Assembly (NCBI RefSeq): GCF_001194135.2
Contig: NC_068982.1
Location: 93,954,094 to 94,018,093, forward strand
Reading direction: 5' to 3'
Source: Octopus bimaculoides
Lineage: Eukaryota
Length of the DNA stretch: 64,000 bases
Shown here piece after piece: positions 12,088 through 25,349 of this stretch. The position numbers and the translations under genes were made by a program. Positions within the stretch are counted from its first letter, which is position 1; each line of letters starts with the position of its first letter. The notes under the pieces were generated by a model. It had not been told where the DNA came from. It saw only the letters and a list, made by a program, of their open reading frames with translations, and made no database searches.

Positions 12088-12489
12088 CCGTTAGAAACTT
12101 AAAAACGATAAAATCTTTTTAACGGATAATGTTAAGTTAAACACGTAAACAGAGTTTTTCATACTGCACTGTAAGGTCAGGATGAAGTCCATTGTCAAAA
12201 TGGGGGAAGCTAGATGTTAATAGCCAAACTGTGAAACTCTACCAAATTAGCTAGACCTTAGTAAACCTTTATAGGGAGAGATAATTGTACCTCAGTTTTT
12301 TGTGACAGTTTTTTTCTGTGAGACAAGGTTCACTTGGATTCTGGAAGCTATGATTGCCAGTTTAGTTTATGCACTTTGTGCTTTGTGTTAGGTATTTATG
12401 GAATTATTTTATGCTCCAGGAATTCGCCAGAACGTTTTGTTCGTCAGTTTTTAAATAATTTTTGTGTCACATCTGGGTCCAAGGTTCGA

Positions 12490-12691
12490 AATTCAAGTTC
12501 GAAAACCGAATTTGTGAAGCCAGATTTTATGAAATCCAAATTTTCGGAATCCATATTTTTTGAAAACCAAATTTGTGAAGCCAGGTTTCGTGTGAGGCCA
12601 ATTTTGGTAAAACCAAAATTTGTGAGTCCAGAGTTACGAATCCAAGTTTGTGAAATCAAGTTGAAGCCGGGTTTCTGAGTCCGAATTTCTG

Positions 12692-12695
<4 letters not shown>
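12490..12695. repeat. Degenerate ~15-bp minisatellite (consensus about TTTGTGAAGCCARA)
   Basis: About 13 diverged units, e.g. tttgtgaagccaga, ttttatgaaatccaaa, tttgtgaagccagg, tttgtgagtccaga, tttctgagtccgaa. Confidence 0.75.
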
Positions 12696-12737
<42 letters not shown>

Positions 12738-13144
12738 CCTTTATAAATATTTTGACTGCACGTCTAGTGTAGCATTAATTTATTGTTGATTGTGTATATA
12801 TTTGTTTTGTATGTAGGCTGTTTTTTATGCTGAGAATTGTTAATAATCTTTTACAAAAAACTTTATGGTGTGTTGTTGTTTTGAGTTCACCCTATCCTCG
12901 TTGGTTATGTAAATTCGGGCTATGGCCACCAGGTCGTAACAATACACGCATACATACATAATACAAAAATATCCTGATAATGTTGAAATTCCAATGAAGG
13001 AACCTTGGATCTTTTTTGTGGCAAGAAATCTTGAAATAAAACTGAATGACATACATACATACATGCATGCATGCATACATACATACATACATACATACAT
13101 ACATAATACATATATACATACACAATGCCCCTCCCCCCCAACAC

Positions 13145-13290
13145 AATTCCATTTGCAAGGGATTAGTCAACTTGAAAATATAGTTGAAGATTCTTATCCA
13201 AGGTGCCATGCTATAGCGTCAAACCTGAAACTATGTAGTTGTGTAGAGAACATCTTAATCACACAACTATGCCTGTGCCAACTATCATTT
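13145..13290 (-). mobile_element. SINE family 2, degenerate
   Basis: atagttgaagattcttatccaaggtgccatgc...cttaatcacacaactatgcctgtgcc resembles the gcccaaggtgcc family. Confidence 0.6.
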
Positions 13291-13619
13291 TGCAAACTAT
13301 TATTTCAAACATGTCGGTCTTATTGATTCTGTTTTACAATTTGTTCTGCACTGCGTTAGCTTGTCCTTAATTCTCTACCCCCATGGCAATAATTCTAACA
13401 AAAGTTAATGCCAATTTAGGATGACAAAGCTAGCAGTAAACTTCACTCTATGACATTAGTCGAATAATTTATGATCATTGTTATACATTTAGAATAATAA
13501 CATTTCCAAATATTCTGGTAGTTATTCACGACAGCCTTGTGATTGACACACAAAGAACTGTCCCATCCAGAGACCCAACAAAAGACCTGTCTTTCTCCAT
13601 TCCATTCACCTCAGGTGCG

Positions 13620-14390
13620 TTACCTAATTTATCTCACTTTTTTATTGTCTTCTTTACGTCACTTCTGTAAAACTATCTTAACTCACTTTCTTAACTTCTA
13701 TCCTTTCTTTAACATCAATTCTTCTACTTTGAATGTGTTTCACGTCTGTGACCCCTTATTTAACACACGCTATATTATCCCCTTCTCCTTCACCTCACAT
13801 TTTTACCCTCTTCTTACCTTATAATTACTCCAACTCATTTTCCTCACTTCTTTATCGTCTCTTTGATTTTAGTATTTACCTATCGAATTACTTCATATGC
13901 CTATTTACTTTTTCTCCAGTTCGTTTCTTTTACATTTTCTGCTCTTCCTTTCCCCCACTTCTTTGCCCTCTCCTTTTCTCCACTATTTATCCATCGTTTT
14001 ACCCGATTCTTTCATGAACATTTTGCCTAATTTCCTTTACCCCAGTTTATTTACTTCATTCCTTCTGTGCTCTTATTTACTTCACGCCGTCGCAAGTTTT
14101 CGGGCCAAATCCCCGGTTTGTAGATACCCACTTCTTCTCATTAGTCCCAATAAATAGTTGTTATGAGGCCTACTTTAACTTTTAGCTAAAGGATAAACAA
14201 AAACTTCTTCACTTTATCTTCTCGTCTATTTTACAAATTCTTTTATCTTACTCGTTTTAACTTCACTATTACCTTCTGTTTTACCAGTTCCTTTACCTAA
14301 CTTCACTTTTATCCTCTGTCTTATCTCACTTGTTTTACCTTAATTCATTTATCTCACTTCTGTAACCCAACACCTACACCTCACTTTTTG
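13620..14390. repeat. Pyrimidine-rich low-complexity tract
   Basis: About 750 bp with very few G on the + strand and no fixed period. Confidence 0.8.
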
Positions 14391-16230
14391 AATAGCAGAC
14401 ACAATTGCAAGCAACATCTTAAAGCATCGCTTAAATTACCTTCTATTCAGTCATCCTCTGAAGTAAAATAATGAGAATAACGACAGTTGTGAATATAATT
14501 AGATTACTGCTATCTGTAATAATTTGTTTTCATTTAAATTCACACAATAGTTTCCTTTTTACAATTCTATAGAAATCAATCAAGTAGAAACCATCGTATT
14601 GTGATAAATTTTGAAATTTTATGAAAATTGAAAACTAAAACTATGATATGTAATGTTTTTCATATTTTGCGTGCAGTTGGTAAAGATATCGTTTACTTTT
14701 CTTTGTTCTCATTTTCCTTAAGGAATTGATTTTTACACACGTACACATACACATGTACACACTACACACATACACACGCACACACGGATACATACACACA
14801 CACACACACGCACGCACACACTCACACACTCACAGTTTCAATAAATTTCTAATGTTTTATCACTAACAACTTCATTCATAGAAAACGTAGACTGCTGACA
14901 TTACAGTGGAAATGAAATAGGAAGCTGTTATGGACACAATGACATCAGCAACTTCATTAATGATAAATCAGCATATTAGTCAGTCATATTGTGAATCAAC
15001 CTCAAACCATGGTCTTTTCTGTTACATTCAGCGCTTGCTCAGTCATTATTCTCTTTTTCTTATACTATAATAAGAATTGAAAATATACAAAGGTGTAATG
15101 AAAGCAATTAAAAATTCATATTATTATAGAACTACATTGAAATGTTGATATTATAAAGTTTCAAAATGCTGCATTGGTCCAATGAGCTAGAAGTTGCTCC
15201 CCTCCTCATACATTTCGTAAACTTAGTTTCGTCTCCTATTCATCTTGTTACATTGTGTCTTAGAGCAAGATACTATAATATAATAAAATAATTGCAGGCT
15301 ATACATCAAAGAAGAGCGATCGGTCGTTATTGCTTACATCTGGTTCTGTAATCATGAAGAAAACAATCTGTTAATTTTCAGTAATGAGTTAACATTGTGA
15401 CGAGTATGAATTACATTTATTAACGAATCATAAAATTTACCGATGATAGCGTTACTACTAAATAAAAGGTAGAAATCACAGGGTAATGTAATTAGAAAGA
15501 TACTTACTAATCTCAAGATTCATGTAGTATATTCTCTTTCAATTAGTTTCCACACACTGGAATTTGGACTGATTTTCTGTGTGAGTAGCATCGATTCCAA
15601 CAAACAGAAATTTGCAGAAACAGATACATTAACTGTGGCAAATCTATGTCAGAAACTTAAGAATATATTTCTTTATTATCTTGATACAATGTTGCTATAG
15701 CAATACTAATTTATTGTTGTTGTGCAGCTGCTTTCACTATTTGCAAAATACATATCGTGTAGGTATACAAATTTCCTTATGATGAACAATTTTCAAACAG
15801 GTGAATAAAATTTACATAACTCATCTAACATGAATTCACTCGCACACACGAAAGTGATAAAGTGCGTGATTCTAACACTTATATTGGTCATACAAATATC
15901 AAGCTTTATATTGCAGACGGACCATGAATTTACTTCAAGAATTCACCACATCAAACTGTATCACACTCTATAAGACACAGCTTGATAAAACATAAACTAG
16001 TCTAAGAAGAAGCTTCTATGTTGACTCCGACCAGCTAAAATTAAAAACTAAATTTCTCTTAAATTACACTTACTGTCTTAAAAAGAAGACGGACCCATTG
16101 GAAACTGTACTCTCAGATATACTATGCCTGGAAAGGTAAATTTACATATACGCATATAAGTATTTCGCGAATACTGATAGTAGTAGCAACAAACTAGTGC
16201 CGGTGTAACAATATTTTAAACAAAAAACAA

Positions 16231-16452
16231 CATTCCTTTCTATTATAGGCACAAAGCCTGACATCTCAGAGGAGTGGGTAAGACGATTACATTGATCCCA
16301 GTGCTCAGCTGGTATTTACTTTATCGCCCCCCCCACCCCAAATGAAAAGCAAAGTCGACCTCGGTGGAATTTGAACTCATAACGCAAATACCAATCAAAT
16401 GCCGCTAAGCATTTCGACCAGCGTGATAACGATTCTGCTAGCTCGCCGCCTT
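16231..16452 (-). mobile_element. SINE family 1, full length
   Basis: gattacattgatcccagtg...aaagtcgacctcggtggaatttgaactc...gattctgctagctcgccgcctt; a partial copy follows at about 16470-16565. Confidence 0.88.
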
Positions 16453-17519
16453 TTTAATAAAATAATATTGGTTTCAAATTTTGGCAAAAAGGCTAGAAAT
16501 TTCAGGGCAATGGGTGCTTACATTGACTTACCCACTGCATTTTGCCCGGCGCGCTAACGGTTCTAAAAATAATAATTGAAAAAAAGAAAAAGCAGGTATA
16601 TCTTTCATCATAGGTTTGGTCGTTTAGGATTAAACAACAATTACGACGACGATGACAATGTCGAAAACATTAAAAAAAAAAACTACATGACAGTGATAAA
16701 ATAAACCAACCTCGGAAAAACAAGTACCAAGAAAATGATACTCTAAAATTTGTCATAGAAGCGACATCAATAACTTAATGTAACATAAAGTTTGAACATG
16801 TAGATAGGAGAAACAACACGTAGTTATAAAGAATACCTATATACGACGGTAAAGCTATTTCTTGATTGTTGAAATATGTCTACGTCAATGGTTAAAAAAT
16901 TTAAAGTTTGACAATAACAACTGAGAAAGAGAATGAATAGCGTCCTTATACTATTAGCATAGAATTTGAAACAAAAATAACAAGCAACATTGCAATACTT
17001 TTATCTAGGCGAGAAGATCGTGAATATTTACAATAGTCTAGATAATTCATCGTTTTATAAAGAGAATAATAAGGATATAGGAAAATAACTCACAATAGAA
17101 AAGATAAAATGGAACATTTTTTAAATATCTCCTAAACACACATCCACTCGTATATTCGTATGTATAAACACGTTCGCTCGCACACGCACGCACACAAACA
17201 CACACACAGAGGAAAAAGTTTTTAGTGGATAAAAACTGACACGTTTCCCTGTATGTATTTCTGAATATATGTATGTATGTGTTTATGTGTATGTACATAT
17301 GGATATATTGTATGAATATTTATCTCTCTTTCTCTCTCCAAATACACACACATACACACAAATTGAAATGTATGGCTAGTCAACTTGTATAGGAACATGG
17401 TAACACCATTTGAAACATTATCTGGTAGATGTCTCATATGAATATTATAGGAAACTGTAAAGTGACAATCCAGTTTCCCGAAGGAGATTTATTGTCTTTC
17501 ACCCTTAGTTAAACTGAAT

Positions 17520-17647
17520 ACATGTATGTATGTATGTATGTATGTATGTATGTATGTATGTATGTATGTATGTATGTATGTAGATAATAATATAAATAAT
17601 ATATATATGCATATTTACATACGTATATGTACATATTTACATCTATA

Positions 17648-17706
<59 letters not shown>
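17520..17706. repeat. (TATG)n and (TA)n microsatellites
   Basis: Direct reading. Confidence 0.95.
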
Positions 17707-17708
<2 letters not shown>

Positions 17709-17789
17709 GTATAGATGTAAATATGTACATATACATATGTATATATGCATATATATATAAATATTATTTATATTATTATATGATTGAAC

Positions 17790-18560
17790 GCCACGCTTCC
17801 TCTTCCAAGTAATTAGGTTGTAGGGGGTTCTCAGAACTTTCTGGACATACTATTGAAACCATTCCTCAAATACATTAAAAGTTTCATTAGAGACGATCTG
17901 GACATGCTAGAGCATCTACCAAAAACCACCAACGAAGAAGCACTGTTAATCTCCTTCGATGTCATCAGCCTCTACACTAACATTCTACATGGCCACATGA
18001 ATAGAGGCAATAAGATTCTGGTTAGAAAAATACCCCGAAGTTCTCCCGGACCGCATAAACCAGACTTTTGTCATTGAATCCCTGCAGTTTATACTACAAA
18101 ACAATAACTTCCTATTCGATGCAACATACTACCGCCAAAAATGCGGTAATGCGATGGAAACAAAAGCAGCACCTGTCCTTGCGAACCTAATAATAGGTTT
18201 CTTTGAATCTACCTATATGAACTTTCGCTCCAAAACTTTGGATCCATTCCACCAGTATATAAGAGAAAACTGAGAAAGGTACCTAGACGATTGTTTTATC
18301 ATCTGGAATGAAACCTATGATAAACTCTTGGATTTCAAATCCATACTGAACAATATAAATCCAAACATCCAATTTACTATGGAATATAGCAAGGAACAGC
18401 TCCCATTTCCGGACATTTTGATTATAAAAAAGTCCAACAACCAAATTGCAACTGATATTTACTACAAACCAACAGATTCAAAACAATATCTCCTTTTCCG
18501 TCCATGCCATCCTAAACACACCAAAATAAATATTCCATTCAATCTGCCAAAAACGTACAT
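17790..18560 (+). mobile_element. Penelope-like element, reverse transcriptase fragment
   Basis: SFDVISLYTNI; NNFLFDATYYRQKCGNAM..KAAPVLANL; a frameshifted YLDDCFIIW; NIQFTMEYSKEQLPFPDI...IYYKPTDSKQYLLF..CHPKHTKINIP. These are diagnostic PLE RT motifs. Confidence 0.9.
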
Positions 18561-18589
18561 TGTTTTCAATTTCATTTGAAGAGGAATCC

Positions 18590-18890
18590 AACATTTCAAC
18601 ATTAGATCCAATATTATGATAAAAAAAATTGTCATTCTCAGTCCCATCCCTTTACTGTTATCACATTTCTATATCACTTCATATTTTCCCCACGTATTTG
18701 TCACCCACAGGCATACCTAAGCAAACGTCAACCTTTTCTTTCATCCAGTAGGGGTCATAGCAAAATCTTCCTGTTGTATCCAGTTCTTCCATTCCTCTCT
18801 TATCAAAGTCTTAAAGGCATTGTTAATAAAAACATAGAGACGCTGTATGTGACTTGTTAAACCATCGGGTATAATTGCCTGTTGTATTTT
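18590..18890 (-). pseudogene. pogo/Tigger-like DDE transposase remnant
   Basis: The minus strand reads QAIIPDGLTSHIQRLYVFINNAFKTLIREEWKNW...TPTG*, then CLWVTNTW and DGTEND. This matches the pogo IPGGLTS.LQPLDV.IN.PFK...W..W..W..AW pattern. Confidence 0.75.
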
Positions 18891-19084
18891 AAAATTATTA
18901 ACCTTGTCTTTCATTCTTTTTATCGTGTTATGAGCTCTAGCGCAGTCTCAGACGAGGAGAGAAGGTTAGTTTACAATGCCCACAGGACATTCCGACCAAA
19001 GATTTTCAAACCAAACTACTATTCCGCCTTCATTTATCCATCCACCTGTTTTTCATTATTATCACTATTGCTCTCAGCTATGGT

Positions 19085-19640
19085 CACCAACCAGTGTCAA
19101 ATTAATCTCAGAACTTGAGGCAAACCAACGAAGCTACACGACGATAGCCTCTATGCAGCATATAATCTATTGGGAAAGACTCAAGAGATTAAGACTCTAT
19201 TCCTTAGAGCGTAGGCGAGAAAGATATGCCATAATATACATCTGGAAGATCCTCGAAGGAATTGTCCCAAACTTTGGCATTGAAAGTTACATAAATAAAA
19301 GAACTGGACGCCATTGCATAGTGCCAAGGACTCCAAATTTGCCATCAAGAAGTAGGACAAGATACAGCAATAGCCTGGGCTTCAGAGGTCCACAGCTCTT
19401 CAATATTCTCCCGAAGGACCTGAGAGACCTGCATGGGGTGGATGTAGGTGTCTTCAAAATAAAGCTGGACCTCTTCCTGTCAAATGTCCCAGATGAACCA
19501 ACTTCGCGGCAGGAGGTGCAGATGAGGGCATCAAACTCTCTTATGCACCAAATGTCAATTCCTGAAGTAAAATTATGTAGCAACACCAAATGCCGGTGCC
19601 CCAGCATGGCCACAGCTCATGAGCTGAAACTAGATAAAAT
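19085..19640 (+). mobile_element. CR1/L2-like LINE, 3' end
   Basis: LEANQRSYT...YWERLKRLRLYSLERRRERYAIIYIWKIL...GPQLFNILP..LR....FKIKLDLFL..VPDEP. Confidence 0.88.
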
Positions 19641-19959
19641 GGAAAAAAAAAATGAAAATGATTAATCATATTTAATTTGAATTGAGTTGTGGCAGTCTCT
19701 TTCGTTAGGCATCATAAAAGAGTGAAAAAATTGAACGGAAAAGAAACTAGCTATTTTACTCTTTATACCTAAAATACGGTATTTAGTATTTCGCTTACGC
19801 ATCCAACTTGAGTGTAAACACGCGACAGACTGTCGACTAGTCAATAATAATTGAGTAACCAATTAGATGATTGCCAAATGCTTGGTCATCTGCATTGCAC
19901 ATTTAAAATCAAAGCAAACTCTCTGAACTAGTAGGCCTTAGATTCTTCAATAACGATAA

Positions 19960-20085
19960 CCCCCTACTCCGCATTTAACAGCTATTTCACTCTATTTCTA
20001 CTCTATTTCATTCTATTTCACTCTATTTCTACAGCTATTTCAAGCTATTTCTACTCCGCATTTAACAGCTATTTCACTCTCGTCC
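19960..20085. repeat. ~10-bp minisatellite (ctatttcact) bounded by a duplicated actccgcatttaacagctatttcactct
   Basis: Direct reading. It is probably internal to a non-autonomous DNA element, whose possible end is the pogo-like terminus gcgtcttctacaccaaacatacgg at about 20291-20315. Confidence 0.6.
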
Positions 20086-20639
20086 GTTTCTGTAATTTTT
20101 TTTTCACATTTTAGGAAGAATTATACAGAGTTATATTTTTACGGGAAAAAAATTATTATTGCTATAATACATTGTCATTTACATATGCATTTAAATATGG
20201 CTTGAGTACCATATATATGCAGATATGTTGTTCATACCTTCAGTGGTTAGGATGCAAGCAAATTTTGACATCAATTTTTGGGGTTAAAAAGCGTCTTCTA
20301 CACCAAACATACGGGGTCCACAGAAGCATTGCTTATAAACCGATTGCTACTAAGTGTTTAAATAAATCGCACGGACCGGTTTGTACATATAATGCATTTT
20401 AGCCTGCTAGTCCGATTAATAAATTATTAGAATGTTAACAATGTTTTGCTTTTATGCTTTACTGTATTTAGCGCTTTGAAGGATTTAGTCGAACAAATCG
20501 ACCCTAATATTCATTTTTACTTTATAGTTACGGGGATGTAAAGAAACCAACACTACATGTCAAATGATGGAGAACCCAAGCACTGACACACACAAACAGC
20601 CACAAGTGCACCCCCCCCCCCACAGAGGTATATATACGA

Positions 20640-20795
20640 CTGGTTTTTACAGAGTTTCTGTGTACGGAATTCACTGACAAAGCAGTGGTTGACCAGAGAA
20701 TATATTAGAAGACAACTGCCCAAGGTGCCACGAAATGGGATTGAATCTGAAACCACGTGGTTTCAAAGCGAGTCTCTTAACCACACATCCATATC
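20640..20795 (-). mobile_element. SINE family 2
   Basis: gaagacaactgcccaaggtgccacg...gggattgaatctgaaaccacgtgg...cttaaccacacatcc, a reverse-complemented tRNA-like head. Confidence 0.8.
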
Positions 20796-21261
20796 TATAG
20801 ATATATCCAATGAGGTATTTAATAGACAGATGTATTTAAGTACAATATCTTTGTGGCAGAAAACAGGGATTATCTGGGCAAGTTTTAACATTATGAATAT
20901 TAGTTGTGTTAGTTAAGTGGAAATATCTTCAATTGAAAATCACTTTTGGTTCTTTCATTACTAACCTATAGCGCTGATCTTATTTTCTTATATCACAGGA
21001 AATGTCTTACAAAGGCATAGAATATTCGGTAAGCATTGTTTATTTCTGGGAGACAGTATAAGACCTTTAGCGAGAGTTCAAGAGATTATCTATTAAAAAT
21101 ATTAATTTCTTTTGAATAGAAACAATGTTTTGTAATGAAATGGAAACGTTATTCGATAATGCTCATGCATTTCCTAACAGCAGTAGTGGAGTCACTAAGT
21201 AAAATAGGTTGAATTGAAATTAATCTCTGGCATACTAAACTCTAGATTATTTACATTTTAC

Positions 21262-21317
21262 GTTGCGACCTTCATCACATCCACAGAAAATATCATCTTC
21301 AGGATAGTAAGGGGTTG
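21262..21317 (-). CDS. Candidate internal exon: (A)TPYYPEDDIFCGCDEGRN
   Basis: Acceptor ctactttttttactctatAG; 56 nt; donor GTAAAA; phase 1 to 0; carries a CxC motif and joins in frame to both neighbouring candidate exons. Confidence 0.5.
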
Positions 21318-21740
21318 CTATAGAGTAAAAAAAGTAGTCAGAGTTGCAAAGTCTATATAAGTTATCCCAGTTATTTATTTTTTTATATTGATATCATGCC
21401 AAAAATTTGTAAATGATTATATCGATAATAGCATGTGAACTCAACATGTATTGATGACAGAGCGAGATGAAAGCAAAAGTCGAGCTTGCCGGTGCTGAAC
21501 TCAGCGAGGGACTGAAGTTTAATAATTGTTTCCTATCATAGATCTAAAGGTAGAATTTCGGGAAATAAAACTCAATTAATTCAACTCCACTTTATGACTG
21601 GTACCTTATTTCATCGAACCCAGAAGAATGAAACACGCAGTTAACCTCAATAAGATTTGAACTCATAACAAAATCCACAAGGCATTTTGTCTGGCGCTCT
21701 ACTGATACTGCCAATCCACTACCACCAACAAAAGTACAAT

Positions 21741-21943
21741 AATCCTTTCTACTATAGGAAGAAGGCCTAAAACTTAAGTCGATTACATCGACCCAGTACT
21801 CCGCTGGTACTTATTTTATCGACCCCGAAAGGTTGAAAGACAAAGTCGACCTCGACGGAATTTGAACTCAGAACATAAAGACGGACGAAATGCCGCTAAG
21901 AGACTTGTCCGGCTTGGTAACGATTCTGCCAGCTCGCCGCCTT
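21741..21943 (-). mobile_element. SINE family 1, full length
   Basis: gtcgattacatcgaccc...aaagtcgacctcgacggaatttgaactcagaac...gattctgccagctcgccgcctt; degenerate copies lie just upstream (about 21455-21725). Confidence 0.92.
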
Positions 21944-22448
21944 CGACAAAAATATAATGATAAAAGACAGCTAGACAGTCATCTCATTACTTTTTTATCA
22001 CTAAAGTATGAAGAGTGACAAATTCATCTAAACATTCTTATTAAATTAGTGATTGAAATTCCATAAATATTGCGAACAAAGAAGTTTGAGGAATCTACAA
22101 AAGTCGACAAACTTCGTTTCACATATGGCTATATTTGATAATTTAATGATTTCATTCAATATTCAACATATATCACTTCACCTCAGTTTTAATTTCCTCA
22201 CTTCCGGAACGAATTTACTTGAGGAGATATGAAAGTCAAACAAACTTACCTTTAAAATGTGTAGTGTCGTGTCAAAAATAAGAACGCAAATATAAGTTTA
22301 AACTCTAAAATTATACATTCTATATTATTCTTGATTTTAATAAATTATGAAGTGTATTTGACTGGTGGAGGCGGTTGATACGTCTTCGTATCCTGTTAGG
22401 AAAACATATCCATTTGCTTGACGTATTCTTCAGTTAAGCAAGAGAATA

Positions 22449-23738
22449 TTGGGTTGGCAACTAAGCTCCCGCCATTTAAAAAAAAATTAATTTTTTAAAA
22501 GGTTTAATAAAAAATAACAACTAATTAATCAATAATGTATTCACCCTTGTTGTTTACAACTTCTTCCCAACGTTCAACAAGATTTTCAATACCTCATTGG
22601 TAGAAATCACCCGATTTCGACTCGAAAAATTGATCCAACCAAGCTTTGAATTCTGCATCAGTATTGAACGAAACTCCGAGCATAGCATTTCAAAGAGATC
22701 GAAAGAGGTGGAAATTTGTTAGTGCCAAATCAGGAGAGTACGGCGGGTATGGCAGCACTTCCCAGCCAAACGTTTGAATGGCTTCTTTCGTCATATTGGC
22801 GATATGAGGGCGGGTATTGTCATACAGCAGAAGAACTCCATGCTGCCGATTAGGTCTTTTCTCTTGAATAGCCGTGTTGAGTCATTCCATCTGTTGAACA
22901 TAGAGTTCCGCGTTGATCGTTTGGTTCCGTTCAAGCAATTCGTAATGGATAATCCCTTCCCAGTCCCACCATACGCACAACATCGTTTTACGCGGATGAA
23001 AATCTTGTTTCACGCGCGGTGTCGCTTGCTTACCGGGGCTAAGCCATTCCTTGCACAGCTTCATATTGATGTACAGGCACCATTTTTCGTCGCCAGTAAC
23101 GATTCGGTAAAGAAATCGTTGCTTGTGTCCATGAGTTGAGAGGTGACGAACAAGCAAACCAGCGGAGATTGTGAATCGTTGATTTTAGTTGGTGTCACTT
23201 AAAGCATGCGGAACTCATGCTCCATACTTCTGAACCTTTCCCATCGAGTGAAGATGCTTCTCTATAGCAGTGTGGGCGCATTCCATTTTCTTTGCCAGTT
23301 TCCTTGTCGTTTGACGAGAGTTTTCGTGCAATAGTTGGTTTAATCGCTCTTTATCGAACTCAACTGGACGACCAGAACGAGGTGCGTCTTTGAGGTCAAA
23401 ACTTCCATTTTTGAACTTGGCATACTAATCATGAGCGGTTCTTTCAGCTATGGCACCCTCTTCATACACAGCACAAATGTCGCGAGCAGCTTTTGCGGCC
23501 TTAGAACCTTGATTAAAAGCAAAAAGAAGGAGGTGTCGAAAATGCTCGTTTTTCTTAACTTGACATTCCATTTTAATGATCTGAAAATAAACAAAAATTA
23601 ACTAAAATTAACTAGAAAAAAATAGATTCCAAAATGATTCAAAAATAGAATTCTCGAAAAAATAGGTTCCAAAATTTAAAAACGCAATAAATTCCAAAAT
23701 ATAAAATACGGCCGGCGGGAACTTAGTTGCCAACTCTA
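22449..23738 (-). mobile_element. Mariner (Tc1/mariner, DD34D) element, full length (~1.29 kb), inactive
   Basis: TIRs ttgggttggcaactaagctcccgcc (22449-22473) and ggcgggaacttagttgccaactcta (23714-23738); TA on the left flank; canonical mariner size. Confidence 0.95.
22525..23571 (-). pseudogene. Mariner transposase pseudogene
   Basis: MECQVKKNEHFRHLLLF...DAPRSGRP; IVTGDEKW; MLCVWWD; LLYDNTRPH; PYSPDLA; ends GEYIID*. In-frame TAG and frameshifts are present. Confidence 0.95.
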
Positions 23739-24605
23739 TGGATACATGGATGCAAGAATATGAATATATATACTTAAGTAATTACATATTGGAAATTATT
23801 TTGCAACTATTTATACACAAGCTATATTTAGTCATACACATCTTGCTCTGTTTGTGAGTATTATCTATATAAATTTACAAATATCCATGCTGTGATCGAA
23901 TTAAGTGAAAAAGTTAAGCTGAAGTGTAGAGAGCTGCAACATAAACTTTGCTACTATGATAACATATATCCATAGCTATTTCTTATCTGTACTGCAGCAT
24001 TGTCTTAGTTCACTTTAAAGGTACTGAATCAAAGAACATTGGTAAGAGTCTGAAGCCCCAAATCTGTTATGCAAAAAGAAAAAAAGAAACAAAAACAAAA
24101 CAAAAAAATCAAAAAATTTAAGAAACTTGTTGAGACAAAATATATGATGAAAGCTATTGGACATCTGCGCCGGCAAAAGTCAATTAAATGATATGAAAAT
24201 AGAATATTTTCTGTGCCTTGAGGATAAAAAATTCAAATATTTCCAAGGTGACAACACTGTTTTATGTTCTCTTTATTCGAAGAAAGTGTCTGAAACGTTA
24301 CTATTTCACCTCTCAAGGCTAAACAATTAACTGAATTTTTCTGCCAACTTTCTTATGTATAAATATTTAATAATTCGAAATAGCACCAGTTTCTCTGGAT
24401 TTCGGATTTTACTGAACAGCATCTTAGAAGAAGATATCAGCATATAACTACATAGAAAATGTAAACTTAAGAAAGGTGATATTGAAAGAAATGTAACAGA
24501 ATAGTGATTCTAAAACTAAGTTTTATAACCGTTGAAGCGCTTTTCTGAAAAAAAAACAAAACAAACAAAAAACTTAAATACATCGTAAAGGATAAGTTCG
24601 CAGCA

Positions 24606-24646
<41 letters not shown>

Positions 24647-25307
24647 NNNNNNNNNNNNNNNNNNNNNNNNNNNNNNNNNNNNNNNNNNNNNNNNNNNNNN
24701 NNNNNNNNNNNNNNNNNNNNNNNNNNNNNNNNNNNNNNNNNNNNNNNNNNNNNNNNNNNNNNNNNNNNNNNNNNNNNNNNNNNNNNNNNNNNNNNNNNNN
24801 NNNNNNNNNNNNNNNNNNNNNNNNNNNNNNNNNNNNNNNNNNNNNNNNNNNNNNNNNNNNNNNNNNNNNNNNNNNNNNNNNNNNNNNNNNNNNNNNNNNN
24901 NNNNNNNNNNNNNNNNNNNNNNNNNNNNNNNNNNNNNNNNNNNNNNNNNNNNNNNNNNNNNNNNNNNNNNNNNNNNNNNNNNNNNNNNNNNNNNNNNNNN
25001 NNNNNNNNNNNNNNNNNNNNNNNNNNNNNNNNNNNNNNNNNNNNNNNNNNNNNNNNNNNNNNNNNNNNNNNNNNNNNNNNNNNNNNNNNNNNNNNNNNNN
25101 NNNNNNNNNNNNNNNNNNNNNNNNNNNNNNNNNNNNNNNNNNNNNNNNNNNNNNNNNNNNNNNNNNNNNNNNNNNNNNNNNNNNNNNNNNNNNNNNNNNN
25201 NNNNNNNNNNNNNNNNNNNNNNNNNNNNNNNNNNNNNNNNNNNNNNNNNNNNNNNNNNNNNNNNNNNNNNNNNNNNNNNNNNNNNNNNNNNNNNNNNNNN
25301 NNNNNNN

Positions 25308-25349
<42 letters not shown>

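Noticed and set aside
15338-15345. Possible 8-nt minus-strand microexon (ttacAG-AACCAGAT-GTAAGC)
   Set aside because: It would break the frame between the neighbouring candidate exons, and such short matches are expected by chance.
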